From Thermoplasmata archaeon (GTDB lineage Archaea; Thermoplasmatota; Thermoplasmata; Lutacidiplasmatales; UBA184): a stretch of DNA of 64,000 nt. Location: assembly GCA_046704665.1 (NCBI GenBank), contig JBJKRJ010000025.1:17772-81771 (forward strand). The letters run 5' to 3'. This document shows, one piece after another, positions 10,315 through 19,650 of the stretch. Positions within the stretch are counted from its first letter, which is position 1, and every line of letters begins with the position of its first letter. The notes below the pieces were generated by a model. It was given only the letters and a program-made list of their open reading frames with translations. It was not told where the DNA came from and did no database searches. The translations under genes were made by a program, and so were the position numbers.

Positions 10315-11192
10315 CAAGCCTCCTCCGGGCTCCCCACTTGGGAGGAAGATGCGATCGGGAGCCGAAGTCGTTGGCCCGGTAGTCGCCCGAGAAGCTCGAG
10401 CATTCGATCGGTCCGGGCCCGGGGGGCCACCGCGACGAGCGCCGGACCGAGTCCGCTCACTCCGGCTCCGAGCGCTCCCTCCGCCCGAAGTTCGGCGCGC
10501 AGGGACCCATACTCGTAGCCCATCACGCGTTCGACCAGCTCCGAGTTCGCTCCCATCGCGCCCCAGAGATCCCCGCTCCGTGCGAGGTCGACGATCCGGG
10601 CCCCTTCGCGGGCCACACGTGCGAACTCCGGGGTCCACTTGGGCGACGGTCCGTGGGAACGGGCCGGAACGAGGACGGCCGCCTCCCAATCCGGGTCGGC
10701 CTCCACCGAACGAAGGAGCCGTCCCTCGCGGTTGTCGGTGAGACAGAAACCCGGACGCAGACCCGCCAAGGCATCATCGAACGCCCCGGTCGCACTGACC
10801 CCCGAGGCACGGCCGATCTCGGCGGAAAGGAGAGCGACCTCGACGGCCGAGGGGACGGCCCCAGCGGCGTGCGCGACCGCCGAGACGACCGCGCTGGCGA
10901 CCGCGCTCGAGCTCTTGAGCCCCCGGGCGACCGGGATCCCGGAACGTACGGTCAGCTCGGCCTCGGCCCATGCATCCGACAGGTAGCGAGCGAGAGCGAG
11001 CCGGGCGGCGGTCTCGACCAGCGTGGTTCGGCTCTCCGGCGCAATGCGGAGCTCCTGGGGCACGGACCCGTCGGTCCGGCGTACCTCCACCTCGGCTTCG
11101 GCCGAGAGACCGAGCCCCAGGGCGCAGCCGACTCCGGTAGGGAGGGCGTTGACGATCGTGAGGGCCGCCGTCGCCCTTCCTACGCCGTGCAT
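10314..11192 (-). CDS. aroK: Archaeal-type (GHMP superfamily) shikimate kinase
   Basis: ATG at 11192. The product starts MHGVGRATAALTIVNALPTG and contains the GHMP motif GIPVARGLKSSSAVASAV. It occupies the kinase slot between aroDE and aroA. No P-loop AroK-type motif is present. Confidence 0.85.
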   Translation of the reverse strand: MHGVGRATAALTIVNALPTGVGCALGLGLSAEAEVEVRRTDGSVPQELRIAPESRTTLVETAARLALARYLSDAWAEAELTVRSGIPVARGLKSSSAVASAVVSAVAHAAGAVPSAVEVALLSAEIGRASGVSATGAFDDALAGLRPGFCLTDNREGRLLRSVEADPDWEAAVLVPARSHGPSPKWTPEFARVAREGARIVDLARSGDLWGAMGANSELVERVMGYEYGSLRAELRAEGALGAGVSGLGPALVAVAPRARTDRMLELLGRLPGQRLRLPIASSSQVGSPEEA

Positions 11193-12691
11193 CCTTCCTC
11201 CTCGAGGGTCCGCACGAGCTCCTCCTCCTCGGGCTCCTCTCCCCACCAGATCCCGAAGGTCGCCGCGGCCTGGTAGACGAGCAGCCGGGTCCCCTCCTCG
11301 TAGGTGGCGTGGGCGCGATCGGCCTCCTCCCGGAGGTACGGAAGGTCGGGGGCGTAGACCCAGTCGATCAGATGCGTGCCCTCGCGGAGCAGCCGGGAGA
11401 GCGGGGCGACCAGCGGACCCGTACCGGCGCGGCCGACGTCCGTGGCGTGTACGACCAGTCCGTCTGGTTCGGCGTGCGCCGCCGAACGGGCCTCGGCACC
11501 GAAGTCGCGGGCGATCGCGTCGGCCCGTTCGGGGGACCGCCCGTAGACGCGGGCGGACGTTCCGAGGGCCCGGGCGGCGGCGAGGGTCGCGCGGGCGGCG
11601 CCTCCGGTGCCGATGACCGAGACGGAGCGTCCGTCCCACCGCCCCTCGCGGGAGAGCTCGCCGAGGCGGCGAAGGATCGCGCTCAGGTCGGTGTTCTCCG
11701 CCGCGACCTCGGAGGGTCGGAGCGTGAGACAGTTCGCGACGCCGACCGCACGGGCCCCCGGCCCCACCTCGCTCGCGACGGCAAGAGCCGCGGCCTTCCA
11801 CGGATGCGTCACGTTGAGTCCTCGGAATCCCCACTCGGCGAGCGCCGGCAGGCTGTCCACGAACTCTTTCTCGGATGCGAGGTCGAGACTGAGGTAGAGT
11901 CCTCCGAGTCCCGCGCGACGCATCCAGCGGGAGTGCAGGGAGGGACTCTTCGAGTGGGCAATGGGATGACCGACGACCGCGAAGAGGGACGCCCGGTCCC
12001 CGGCGGCGAGGTACCGGCGGAGCCGGTCGACGGGGATCTGGCTCGGTTCGACCGGCGGGCGGTCCTCCCGCCGATCCCCCCGCTCCGGGAGCGACGCATA
12101 GACCCACGGGAGCCCAAGGCGGGCAGACAGGACCCGCAGCAGCGGACCCGAGGGACCCGTCGTCAGAGCGACGACCGAGGACTCGCCCGGAGGAGGGAGC
12201 GAGGGAATGAGCGTGCGAAGCGCCTCTCCGACGCTGGCGGCCACGACAACCTTTCGGAGCCGTCCCGGAGGCACCGCCTCACGCACCCAGCGGGACCACT
12301 CCGCCGGGTCGGCTGGCCCGAGACGATGGGTGGAAAGAATCCGCCCCGGCGGTTCTCCCGGAGGGAGCCCGAGGTCGCTCTCGCGATCCCTCTCGACCTC
12401 GAGATCGATCCATCGGAACGGGAGACGGCCGAGCGCCTTCAGAACTCGGGAACGCACCTCCGGCGCGTCCGGGCCCTGCCCTCCTTCGCTGCGGGAACGG
12501 ACGGTCGCGATGAGCGGCAGCGGGGAAGGGAACAGGTCCATTGCCCGGTCGACCTCGGCCGCCTCCCACCGGTCGAACCGCACTTCGGCGAGGTCGGCCC
12601 CGGCCACGACCGCCTCGCGCGCTTCCTCCCGGGCCTCCGCGACGGTACGCGCCGGCAGGGTCACCACGACCGTCGGGAGGCGGCCGGTCAT
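11180..12691 (-). CDS. aroDE: Bifunctional 3-dehydroquinate dehydratase (type I) / shikimate dehydrogenase fusion
   Basis: 503-aa ORF. The N-terminal half has a type I DHQase-like AEVRFD...IATVRS pattern. The C-terminal half has VVGHPIAHSKSPSLH, LNVTHPWK and VIGTGGAARA motifs of AroE. Confidence 0.85.
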   Translation of the reverse strand: MTGRLPTVVVTLPARTVAEAREEAREAVVAGADLAEVRFDRWEAAEVDRAMDLFPSPLPLIATVRSRSEGGQGPDAPEVRSRVLKALGRLPFRWIDLEVERDRESDLGLPPGEPPGRILSTHRLGPADPAEWSRWVREAVPPGRLRKVVVAASVGEALRTLIPSLPPPGESSVVALTTGPSGPLLRVLSARLGLPWVYASLPERGDRREDRPPVEPSQIPVDRLRRYLAAGDRASLFAVVGHPIAHSKSPSLHSRWMRRAGLGGLYLSLDLASEKEFVDSLPALAEWGFRGLNVTHPWKAAALAVASEVGPGARAVGVANCLTLRPSEVAAENTDLSAILRRLGELSREGRWDGRSVSVIGTGGAARATLAAARALGTSARVYGRSPERADAIARDFGAEARSAAHAEPDGLVVHATDVGRAGTGPLVAPLSRLLREGTHLIDWVYAPDLPYLREEADRAHATYEEGTRLLVYQAAATFGIWWGEEPEEEELVRTLEEEGCTA

Positions 12692-13719
12692 CGCTCCTCG
12701 ATCGTCTCCTGTACGGCGCGTCCGAGATGTCGCGCGGCGGGAAGCCGCGCTCCCAGGAGCACCGCGCCCGGGAGGAGGTCGGTGGTGGCGATGCGGCCGG
12801 CCACGGTCGTCGCACGGACCGTTTCCGCCTCCTGGAGGAAGAGCGTACGTTCCCGGCCGTCGTCCTCTGCGACGAGAAGATCGAGCGGTCGCCGCTCCAC
12901 CTTGATGCGCCCGACGCGCACGGAACGGGCCGCCCCGCGAGGTTCGATAGCGAGGACCGCGTCGCCGGCGACGAGCTCAGAGAGGTACCGGGTCGATCCG
13001 TCCGCCATCAACACGTAGGAGTGAGCGGCCCCGGCATTGACCCGGAACGGTCGGGCCCGGCTGAACCGGGAGCCCTCGGCCTCGCTCGCGACATGGAAGA
13101 GGAACGCGGCGGCGCTCCCGACGAGCAAGCCTTCGGAGGGAGTGAGGACCGAGGTCGTGTCGACTAGGACCCGGTCCCCCAGCCCCGCCGGGCGCATCGC
13201 CGAGAGCGTGACCTCCTTCCACTCGAGGCCGGTCGGGAGCGGCCCGTCGACCACGGCCTCGAGCGCATCGACGTCCTCCGGGCCGGTGACCTCGACGAGG
13301 ACCCGGTCCGCGCCGTGCTCCAGAGCGCCGAGCGCCGCCGGGACCTCGCCCGCCGAGCGGGCGTACGCCCAGAGCTCGAAGGTGCGCCCTCGGGCCGCGA
13401 TCGCGTTCTCGAGCGGGATCACCCGGTCGCCCTCCCACTCGATCGCGAGGACACTTCCCGGGGCCATCCCACGGACGGCGCGTTCCAGCTCCGAAGGGGT
13501 CGCGACCGCCACGACCGGGATCGGCGTGGATTCCCCGCCCGGTCGGAAGAGATGGTTTCCCTCCCGGTGCAGCACCTCCTCGTCGGACGAGAAGGGGACG
13601 TCGGCGTCGGGCGGAGCGACGAACGAGCGGAAGCCCCGACGGCGCGCCCGATCGAGCGTCGCGGCGAAGCGAGGTAGGTCGATCCGGGTGAGAGCGATGG
13701 TCACCCGCTCGCGCGTCAT
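12688..13719 (-). CDS. aroB': 3-dehydroquinate synthase II (archaeal AroB-prime, MJ1249 family)
   Basis: 343-aa ORF containing an RPFRVNAGAAHSY-type motif I associate with DHQ synthase II. ATGA overlap with the aroDE start. It lies directly downstream of the aldolase-like gene. Confidence 0.8.
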   Translation of the reverse strand: MTRERVTIALTRIDLPRFAATLDRARRRGFRSFVAPPDADVPFSSDEEVLHREGNHLFRPGGESTPIPVVAVATPSELERAVRGMAPGSVLAIEWEGDRVIPLENAIAARGRTFELWAYARSAGEVPAALGALEHGADRVLVEVTGPEDVDALEAVVDGPLPTGLEWKEVTLSAMRPAGLGDRVLVDTTSVLTPSEGLLVGSAAAFLFHVASEAEGSRFSRARPFRVNAGAAHSYVLMADGSTRYLSELVAGDAVLAIEPRGAARSVRVGRIKVERRPLDLLVAEDDGRERTLFLQEAETVRATTVAGRIATTDLLPGAVLLGARLPAARHLGRAVQETIEER

Positions 13720-13730
13720 CGTGCTCCCCC

Positions 13731-14483
13731 TCAGGCGACCCCGTGGAGGACGTCCGCGATCCGATGGGCCAGTGGCGCGACCGGTGCGCGCTGGAAGAGG
13801 TTCCGCCCGATGCAGATCCCGGCGCCGCCCGCAGCCACGCTGTCGCGCACGATCTCGAGGAACGCCTGCTCGTCATCCAGACGGACGCCGCCGCCGATCA
13901 GGACGGGAACCGGCGTGGTGCGACAGAGCTTCTGGAACTCGCCGTGCGAGCCGGGGTAGCTCGTCTTGACGATGTCGGCGCCGGTATCGGCCGCCGCCCG
14001 GGCGGCATGCCGCAGCTCCTCCGGGCTCCCCCCGTTCGGCTTCTTCACGTAGGCCATGCACAGGAGCGGAAGGCCGAGCCGACGGCATTCGTCGGCCGCG
14101 ATCCCGAGGTCCCGGAGCATCTCGGGTTCCTCGGGGATGCCAAAGTTCACCTGGATCGAGAGGAGATCGGCCCCCAGGCCGACCGCCTCCTCGGCCGTCC
14201 CGACGAGGACCTTGCGGTTCGAGGTCGAACCGAGGCTCGTAGAGGCCGAGACGTGGACGCCGAGGAAGGTCGTCGGGGCGAGCACCGGCACGAGCTCGCG
14301 CACGGCTCCCTTCGTGACGATCAAGAGATCGGCCCCTCCCGCCTGCAGGTCGGCGGCGAGGGGAGCGAGCTCTTCGAGCCCGTCGATCGGTCCCATCGAC
14401 ACCGGATGGTCGAGCGGCACCGAGAACAGCCGTCGGCCGGGGTCGGGGAAGAGGCGTTTCAATCGGACCGTTTTTCCGTACAT
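13731..14483 (-). CDS. aroA': 2-amino-3,7-dideoxy-D-threo-hept-6-ulosonate (ADH) synthase, class I aldolase fold (MJ0400 family)
   Basis: 250-aa DhnA/FbaB-like aldolase (FSVPLDHPVSMGP, ADIVKTSYPG with the Schiff-base Lys context). It is the first gene of the aro/trp gene string, 11 nt upstream of DHQ synthase II. A plain FBP aldolase cannot be excluded from sequence alone. Confidence 0.75.
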   Translation of the reverse strand: MYGKTVRLKRLFPDPGRRLFSVPLDHPVSMGPIDGLEELAPLAADLQAGGADLLIVTKGAVRELVPVLAPTTFLGVHVSASTSLGSTSNRKVLVGTAEEAVGLGADLLSIQVNFGIPEEPEMLRDLGIAADECRRLGLPLLCMAYVKKPNGGSPEELRHAARAAADTGADIVKTSYPGSHGEFQKLCRTTPVPVLIGGGVRLDDEQAFLEIVRDSVAAGGAGICIGRNLFQRAPVAPLAHRIADVLHGVA

Positions 14484-14675
14484 TTACTCTCTCCGTGAGA
14501 TTTCGTTCGGGAGGACCCGTCGAGAGAGGTAGGCCCAACGCCTTCAAGGCACGATGGGCCGGCGCCCTCCCGGCGCCTCCCGTTCACCAGGGCCAGACCA
14601 TGGCCGCGCGGAGTCCCGGCCGTACCACTGGGCCGCCGGATCGCGCTGCCATCGGGTAGGGCAATCGGTCTCCCC

Positions 14676-15416
14676 CTATCTACCCTTCGGAGCCCCGTCC
14701 CCCCCGTTCGTGTCCCGGAGGACCCCATCGACGAGCAGGGCATGGATCGAGAAGCCGCGGAGCATCTGGTCCCACATCTGCTTGCGGACCTCGGGAGTGC
14801 GGGCGAAGCCGGCGACGATCTGCCCGATCCACTCCGAATGCTCGACGTCGGCGACGACATGGAGATTGTAGTATTCGAGGTGGGCCTCGTCCACGTGATA
14901 GTGCTGCCGAAACGCCGGGAGGAGCCGGGCGCAGAGCTCGACGTTCGGCGGCTCAGAGGAGCCGGCCGCGGAGACGTAGAAGGTGTTCACGCGGTTCGTG
15001 TACAGAAAATCGTCGATGGCCACCATCGTGCTCGGAAGGAGGGGAGCCGACTGGACTTCGGTCCGGGGTACGCCGATCCCTTCGGCGAACCGGAGCCAGA
15101 GCTCCGGATGGCCGGGCGCTTTCCCCTTCGGGTCGCCGGCCTCCTCGACCAGCTGGTCGAGGATCATGCGTCGGTAGCGGTCGTTCTCCGGGTCCCAGGA
15201 GCAGTTCGAGAACCGCTCCGCCATCGCGATCGGCACCGACGAGAGCCACGGATAGAACTGCTTCACCCACTCCTGGACCACCGGAAGAGGAACCTCCCCG
15301 CGTTCCAGGCGATGGAAGAACGGGTGCGTCTTGAACGGGTGGTGCGCCATCTTGTACCTCGTCAGCTCGTCGCGGAACGCTTCGCCCTCGAAGCGTACCC
15401 AGGGTGGTTCGACCAT
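14676..15416 (-). CDS. Heme-oxygenase-like fold protein of the TenA/PqqC/CADD type (putative di-iron oxidase)
   Basis: 246-aa ORF with HPFFHRL, a QLVEEAGD...GHPELWLRF pattern and a C-terminal VVADVEHSEW acidic/His motif, typical of PqqC/CADD-like proteins. Confidence 0.7.
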   Translation of the reverse strand: MVEPPWVRFEGEAFRDELTRYKMAHHPFKTHPFFHRLERGEVPLPVVQEWVKQFYPWLSSVPIAMAERFSNCSWDPENDRYRRMILDQLVEEAGDPKGKAPGHPELWLRFAEGIGVPRTEVQSAPLLPSTMVAIDDFLYTNRVNTFYVSAAGSSEPPNVELCARLLPAFRQHYHVDEAHLEYYNLHVVADVEHSEWIGQIVAGFARTPEVRKQMWDQMLRGFSIHALLVDGVLRDTNGGDGAPKGR

Positions 15417-15450
15417 CGGGCCGCCGAGCCGGGGGAGCGTATTTGGTGGC

Positions 15451-15472
15451 GGGGGTTTGCGCGTAAACCCCC
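15451..15472. repeat. Perfect 8-bp inverted repeat GGGGGTTT-N6-AAACCCCC in a divergent intergenic region
   Basis: Read directly at 15451-15458 and 15465-15472, between the divergent starts at 15416 (-) and 15506 (+). It is followed by GTTTAT. Confidence 0.6.
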
Positions 15473-15505
15473 CCGTTTATCGCACTACGTCCGACTGGAC
15501 GGGAC

Positions 15506-16819
15506 GTGTCCTCATCGCCGGGCGGCGAGCCGCTCGTGCCGCCGTACGGGCCGTTGGGCGGACTTCGGGTGCTCGAGTCGGCGCGGTTCGTCGCCGGCCC
15601 GTGGGCGAGCGCGTACCTCGCCGAGTTCGGGGCGCAGGTGGTCCACGTCGAGGGCCCGCCGTTCCGTCCTCCGTACGCGGACCCGACGCGGACCCTTCGG
15701 CCCCTGCTGGCGGGCGAAGCTTCGGCGGACGAGGTCTCGGAGTCGTGGGTCCAGTACGCCCGGAACAAGCTCTCGGTCGGTCTCGATGTGAAGAAGCCCG
15801 AAGGTCGTCGTCTGTTCCTCGACCTTCTCGGACGCTCCGACATCTGGATCGAGTCCTCGCGCCCGGGGACCTACGATCGTCTCGGGCTCTCCGACGGGCA
15901 GGTCTGGGAAGCGAACCCGCGCCTCACGATCGTCCATGTGTCGGGGTACGGGCGGACCGGCGAGGCGTCCCGCGTACGGTCCCCCTCCTACGATCTCATC
16001 GCGCAGGCGTACAGCGGCTATCTGTCGATCCAGGGCCGACCCGATCCCGAACCCCCGATGCGCGCGGGGACGGCGATCATCGACACCGTCACCGGCCTCG
16101 CCGCCGCGAGCGCAGGACTCATGGGCTACATACATTCCGAACGGACCGGAAAGGGCCAGGCGGTCGATGTCGCCCAGTACGAGGTGTTCTTCGTCCTCCT
16201 CGAGAACCTCGCCCTCGACTACTTCATGCGAGGGGTCGTCCGAGCTCGCTACGGTACGGGGCATGCCCGCCTCCACCCGTATGACGTGCACCGCGCGTCC
16301 GACGGCTGGGTCGTGGTCGCCGCGCCGACCGAAGAGTCGTGGGAGCCGCTGAAGAGGCTCATCGGATTCGCCGACCCGGCCTACGACGATCGGGACTACC
16401 GCCTCGCCCACCGCTCCAAGGTCGACCGCGCGATCGGAAAGTTCTGCCGCGCCCGATCCCGCGAGGAGCTCGAGCGCATCGGTCGCGAGCACGACGTCGC
16501 GATCTCCCGGATCTACGACATCGCCGACATCGCACGGGACGAACACTACCGGGCGCGGGAGATGTTCCTCGAGTGGGAGGACCCGATCGCCGGCCGCGTC
16601 AAAGGACCCGGGATCGCCCCGAAGTTCTCCGCCACGCCGGGGCGGGTCTGGCGAGGGGCGCCCTGGCTCGGACAGGACAACGACCGGGTCTTCGGGTCCT
16701 GGCTCGGGCGCTCTTCCGAAGAGCTGGCCCGCCTGCGTCGCGAACACGTCATCGGGGAGCATCCTCCGAAGGGGTCACCCTCTTCCTCGCGGCCGTTCTT
16801 CGCCCGCGAGGGCTTGTAG
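15506..16819 (+). CDS. Family III CoA-transferase (CaiB/BaiF/Frc type)
   Basis: 437-aa ORF (GTG start) with the LRVLESARFVAGPWAS N-terminal motif and overall CaiB-like pattern (VSGYGRTG, DTVTG). Confidence 0.85.
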   Translation: MSSSPGGEPLVPPYGPLGGLRVLESARFVAGPWASAYLAEFGAQVVHVEGPPFRPPYADPTRTLRPLLAGEASADEVSESWVQYARNKLSVGLDVKKPEGRRLFLDLLGRSDIWIESSRPGTYDRLGLSDGQVWEANPRLTIVHVSGYGRTGEASRVRSPSYDLIAQAYSGYLSIQGRPDPEPPMRAGTAIIDTVTGLAAASAGLMGYIHSERTGKGQAVDVAQYEVFFVLLENLALDYFMRGVVRARYGTGHARLHPYDVHRASDGWVVVAAPTEESWEPLKRLIGFADPAYDDRDYRLAHRSKVDRAIGKFCRARSREELERIGREHDVAISRIYDIADIARDEHYRAREMFLEWEDPIAGRVKGPGIAPKFSATPGRVWRGAPWLGQDNDRVFGSWLGRSSEELARLRREHVIGEHPPKGSPSSSRPFFAREGL

Positions 16820-17965
16820 ATGGCGCCGGGGTCCGGGCTGCCCGACGACCCGATCGTGGACGAAGTGCGGGCAATCTCCCGTCAGCTCGACCTTCCGCGC
16901 CGCTACCGCGAGCTCGACCGCGCGCCGGCGTTTCCCCGGACCGAATACCGAGGGCTCGGGGAAGCGCACCTGCTCGGCCTCCACTTCCCTCCGGCGCTCG
17001 GGGGCCGGGGACTGCCCCTCCCACGTGTCGGTGCCGTGCTCTTTCACCTCGCCTACCTCGCCGGCACCACGTTCGCGAAGCTTTCGCTTCAGCCGGAGTT
17101 CGGTTCGGTCATCGCCGAACGGGGCGCGCCGGAGCTCGTCGACCGCTGGTTCCGACCGATGCTACGGGGGGAGGTCCTCGTGGGAAACCAGGTGACCGAA
17201 CCCGGCGCCGGGTCGGACGCGCTCGCGCTCGCAGCGACCGCCACACCGGAGCCGGGGGGATACCGGCTCGACGGAGAGAAGAGCGAGATCGCCTTCGCGC
17301 AGGAGGCCGAAGCAGCGATCGTCTACGCCCGGGTCCCCGGAGCCGACCCTCGGAAAGGCGTGACCTCCTTCCTCGTGCCGCAGGACCTCCCGGGCATCGA
17401 GCGCCTCGGCCCCACCGGTGACCTTGGGGAGCGCTGGCAGCGACGCGGGAACGTGCGCTATCACGGCGTTCGGATCCCGTCCGGACTGCGGATCGGGGAG
17501 GAAGGTGCCGGCTACGAGTACCTGAGGACCGAGCTCGACCGGGAGCATGCGCTCCTGGCCGCGATCTACCTCGGCGTCGCCCGATCCTCCTGGGACGAGA
17601 CGGTCGAGTACGTCGGTCGGCGCGAGGCGTTCGGCCGACCGCTCTCGGCGCAGGAGGCGGTCGCCTTCCCGCTCGTCGTCGACGGGGCCGAGCTCGACGC
17701 GACGTGGCTCTACACCGCGCGGGTCCTGGGAGCGCTCGAGCGCGGCGAGCCCGCGGGCTCCGACGCGGCCCTCGCGAAGTGGATGGCGACCGAGGTCGCG
17801 CTCCGCACGATCGACCACGCGATCCAGTTTCACGGCGGCCGGGGGTACTCGCAGGCCCTCCCGCACGAACAGCGCTGGCGGGACGTCCGGAGCGGACGGA
17901 TCGCCCACGGCGCCTCCGAGATCATGCTGCGCGTCGCGGCCCGGGATCTCTGGAGGCGGGCGTAG
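16820..17965 (+). CDS. Acyl-CoA dehydrogenase family protein
   Basis: The ATG immediately follows the TAG of the CoA-transferase. The product has TEPGAGSD, DGEKSEIAF and QFHGGRGY ACAD motifs. Confidence 0.88.
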   Translation: MAPGSGLPDDPIVDEVRAISRQLDLPRRYRELDRAPAFPRTEYRGLGEAHLLGLHFPPALGGRGLPLPRVGAVLFHLAYLAGTTFAKLSLQPEFGSVIAERGAPELVDRWFRPMLRGEVLVGNQVTEPGAGSDALALAATATPEPGGYRLDGEKSEIAFAQEAEAAIVYARVPGADPRKGVTSFLVPQDLPGIERLGPTGDLGERWQRRGNVRYHGVRIPSGLRIGEEGAGYEYLRTELDREHALLAAIYLGVARSSWDETVEYVGRREAFGRPLSAQEAVAFPLVVDGAELDATWLYTARVLGALERGEPAGSDAALAKWMATEVALRTIDHAIQFHGGRGYSQALPHEQRWRDVRSGRIAHGASEIMLRVAARDLWRRA

Positions 17966-18121
17966 CCCTCCGGGGCACCCGCACGGTTCGGCTCGCCGCA
18001 CGGCACCGGGGGAACGGGCGACCCATCCCGGGAAGTAGACCCGGCCTCCGGGTCACACGAACGCCCCGACGACCGCCGCCGCGCCGAGCCGGGAGATCGG
18101 CGGCCGATCTCCGCGGGACCG

Positions 18122-19456
18122 TCAGGTCGCCTTCGACGCCGCCGACCGGCCCCGTCCGCCGCGCGAGGGGACGCCGTTCCGGCTCTTCGCGCGTTCCTGG
18201 AACTGTTCGGACTCGGTCGATCCGTCCATCGCGAGGGTGGACGTGAGGCCGCCCGAAAGCACCTGGGAGACATCGTCGTAGTAACCGGCTCCGACGAACG
18301 ACTGGTGCTTGACCGCGGAGTACCCTTCCTCCTCGGCCCGGAACTCCTCTTCCTGGAGCTCGGAATACGCCCGCATCCCGCTCTCGGAGTAGGCCCGCGC
18401 GAGCTGGTACATCGAGAGATTGACGGCGTGGAACCCCGCGAGCGTCACGAACTGGAACTTGTAGCCCATCCCGGCGATCGTCGACTGGAACTCCGCGATC
18501 GCCTCGGGGGAGAGCTTCTTCCGCCAGTTGAACGACGGGGAGCAGTTGTAGGCGAGGAGCTTTCCGGGGTACTCCTCGTGGATCTCCCGCGCGAACCGTT
18601 CGGCCTCTTCGAGGTCCGGCCCGGCCGTTTCGAACCAGAGAAGGTCCGCGTACGGAGCGAAGGCGAGCCCTCGGGCGATCGCCATGTCGAGGCCACCCGT
18701 GATCTCGAAGAACCCCTCCGTCGTTCGCTTACCGGTGAGGAACGGGGCGTCCCGCGGGTCGACATCGCTGGTCAGGAGCTTCGCGCTCAGCGCATCGGTA
18801 CGGGCGATGAGGACGGTCGGGACCCCCAACACGTCGGCGGCGAGGCGGGCCGCCCAGAGCTTCTGAGAGAACTCGCGGGTCGGGACGAGGACCTTGCCGC
18901 CCATGTGCCCGCACTTCTTCACCGAGGCGAGCTGGTCCTCGAGATGGAGCCCGGCGGTTCCGGCGTCGATCATGGCCTTCGTGAGTTCGAAGACGTTCAG
19001 GTTCCCGCCAAAGCCAGCCTCGCCGTCCGCCACGATCGGGGCGTACCAGTAGACCGCGGAACTTCCCGCCGCGTGCTGCTTCTCGTCCTCCCGGCGGAAC
19101 GCGTTGTTGATCCGACGGACGAGGTGCGGCATCGAGTCGGCCGGGTAGAGGCTCTGGTCGGGGTAGGTGGCGAGGGCGTCGTTGGCGTCCGCCGCCACCT
19201 GCCACCCGCTCGCGTAGATCGCCGAGAGGCCGCCCGCGACCATCTGGACCGCTTGGGTCCCGGTCATGGCGCCGAGGGTGGGGATGTATGGCTCGGTGTG
19301 CAAGAGCCGCCAGAGGCGCTGGGCGCCGAGCGTAGCAAGCGTGTGCTCGATCGAGATCGACCCCCGAAGGCGCTCCACATCCTCGGGTTTGTACGGTCGC
19401 ACGATCCCGTTCCATCGTTCGCTCGTCTTCCAGTCGTAACCCACGACCTCTCTCAC
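18122..19456 (-). CDS. aceA: Isocitrate lyase
   Basis: 444-aa ORF with [20 protein letters not shown] and the ICL signature [14 protein letters not shown]. Confidence 0.93.
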   Translation of the reverse strand: MREVVGYDWKTSERWNGIVRPYKPEDVERLRGSISIEHTLATLGAQRLWRLLHTEPYIPTLGAMTGTQAVQMVAGGLSAIYASGWQVAADANDALATYPDQSLYPADSMPHLVRRINNAFRREDEKQHAAGSSAVYWYAPIVADGEAGFGGNLNVFELTKAMIDAGTAGLHLEDQLASVKKCGHMGGKVLVPTREFSQKLWAARLAADVLGVPTVLIARTDALSAKLLTSDVDPRDAPFLTGKRTTEGFFEITGGLDMAIARGLAFAPYADLLWFETAGPDLEEAERFAREIHEEYPGKLLAYNCSPSFNWRKKLSPEAIAEFQSTIAGMGYKFQFVTLAGFHAVNLSMYQLARAYSESGMRAYSELQEEEFRAEEEGYSAVKHQSFVGAGYYDDVSQVLSGGLTSTLAMDGSTESEQFQERAKSRNGVPSRGGRGRSAASKAT

Positions 19457-19650
19457 GGTAGGCCCCTCCCGGGCGGTTCGCCCATAGTAGGGTAGACGAG
19501 GTCCGTGATAAACTCTTCAAGAGCCGGTCTGCGGGGTCGAACACCGATTCAATGGAGCTCGAAGTCAGATCGACCTCCGGCGCCCACTTCGACCGGCCCG
19601 TCGTTCCTCCGGCATCCGTCGGAGCTGGATCGGGCCGAATGTCGTCCCCC

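Noticed and set aside
19513-19523. The short palindrome CTCTTCAAGAG between the malate-synthase-like gene and aceA, as a regulator site.
   Set aside because: It has only 5-bp arms, which occur readily by chance, and there is no second copy or adjacent regulator to support a function.
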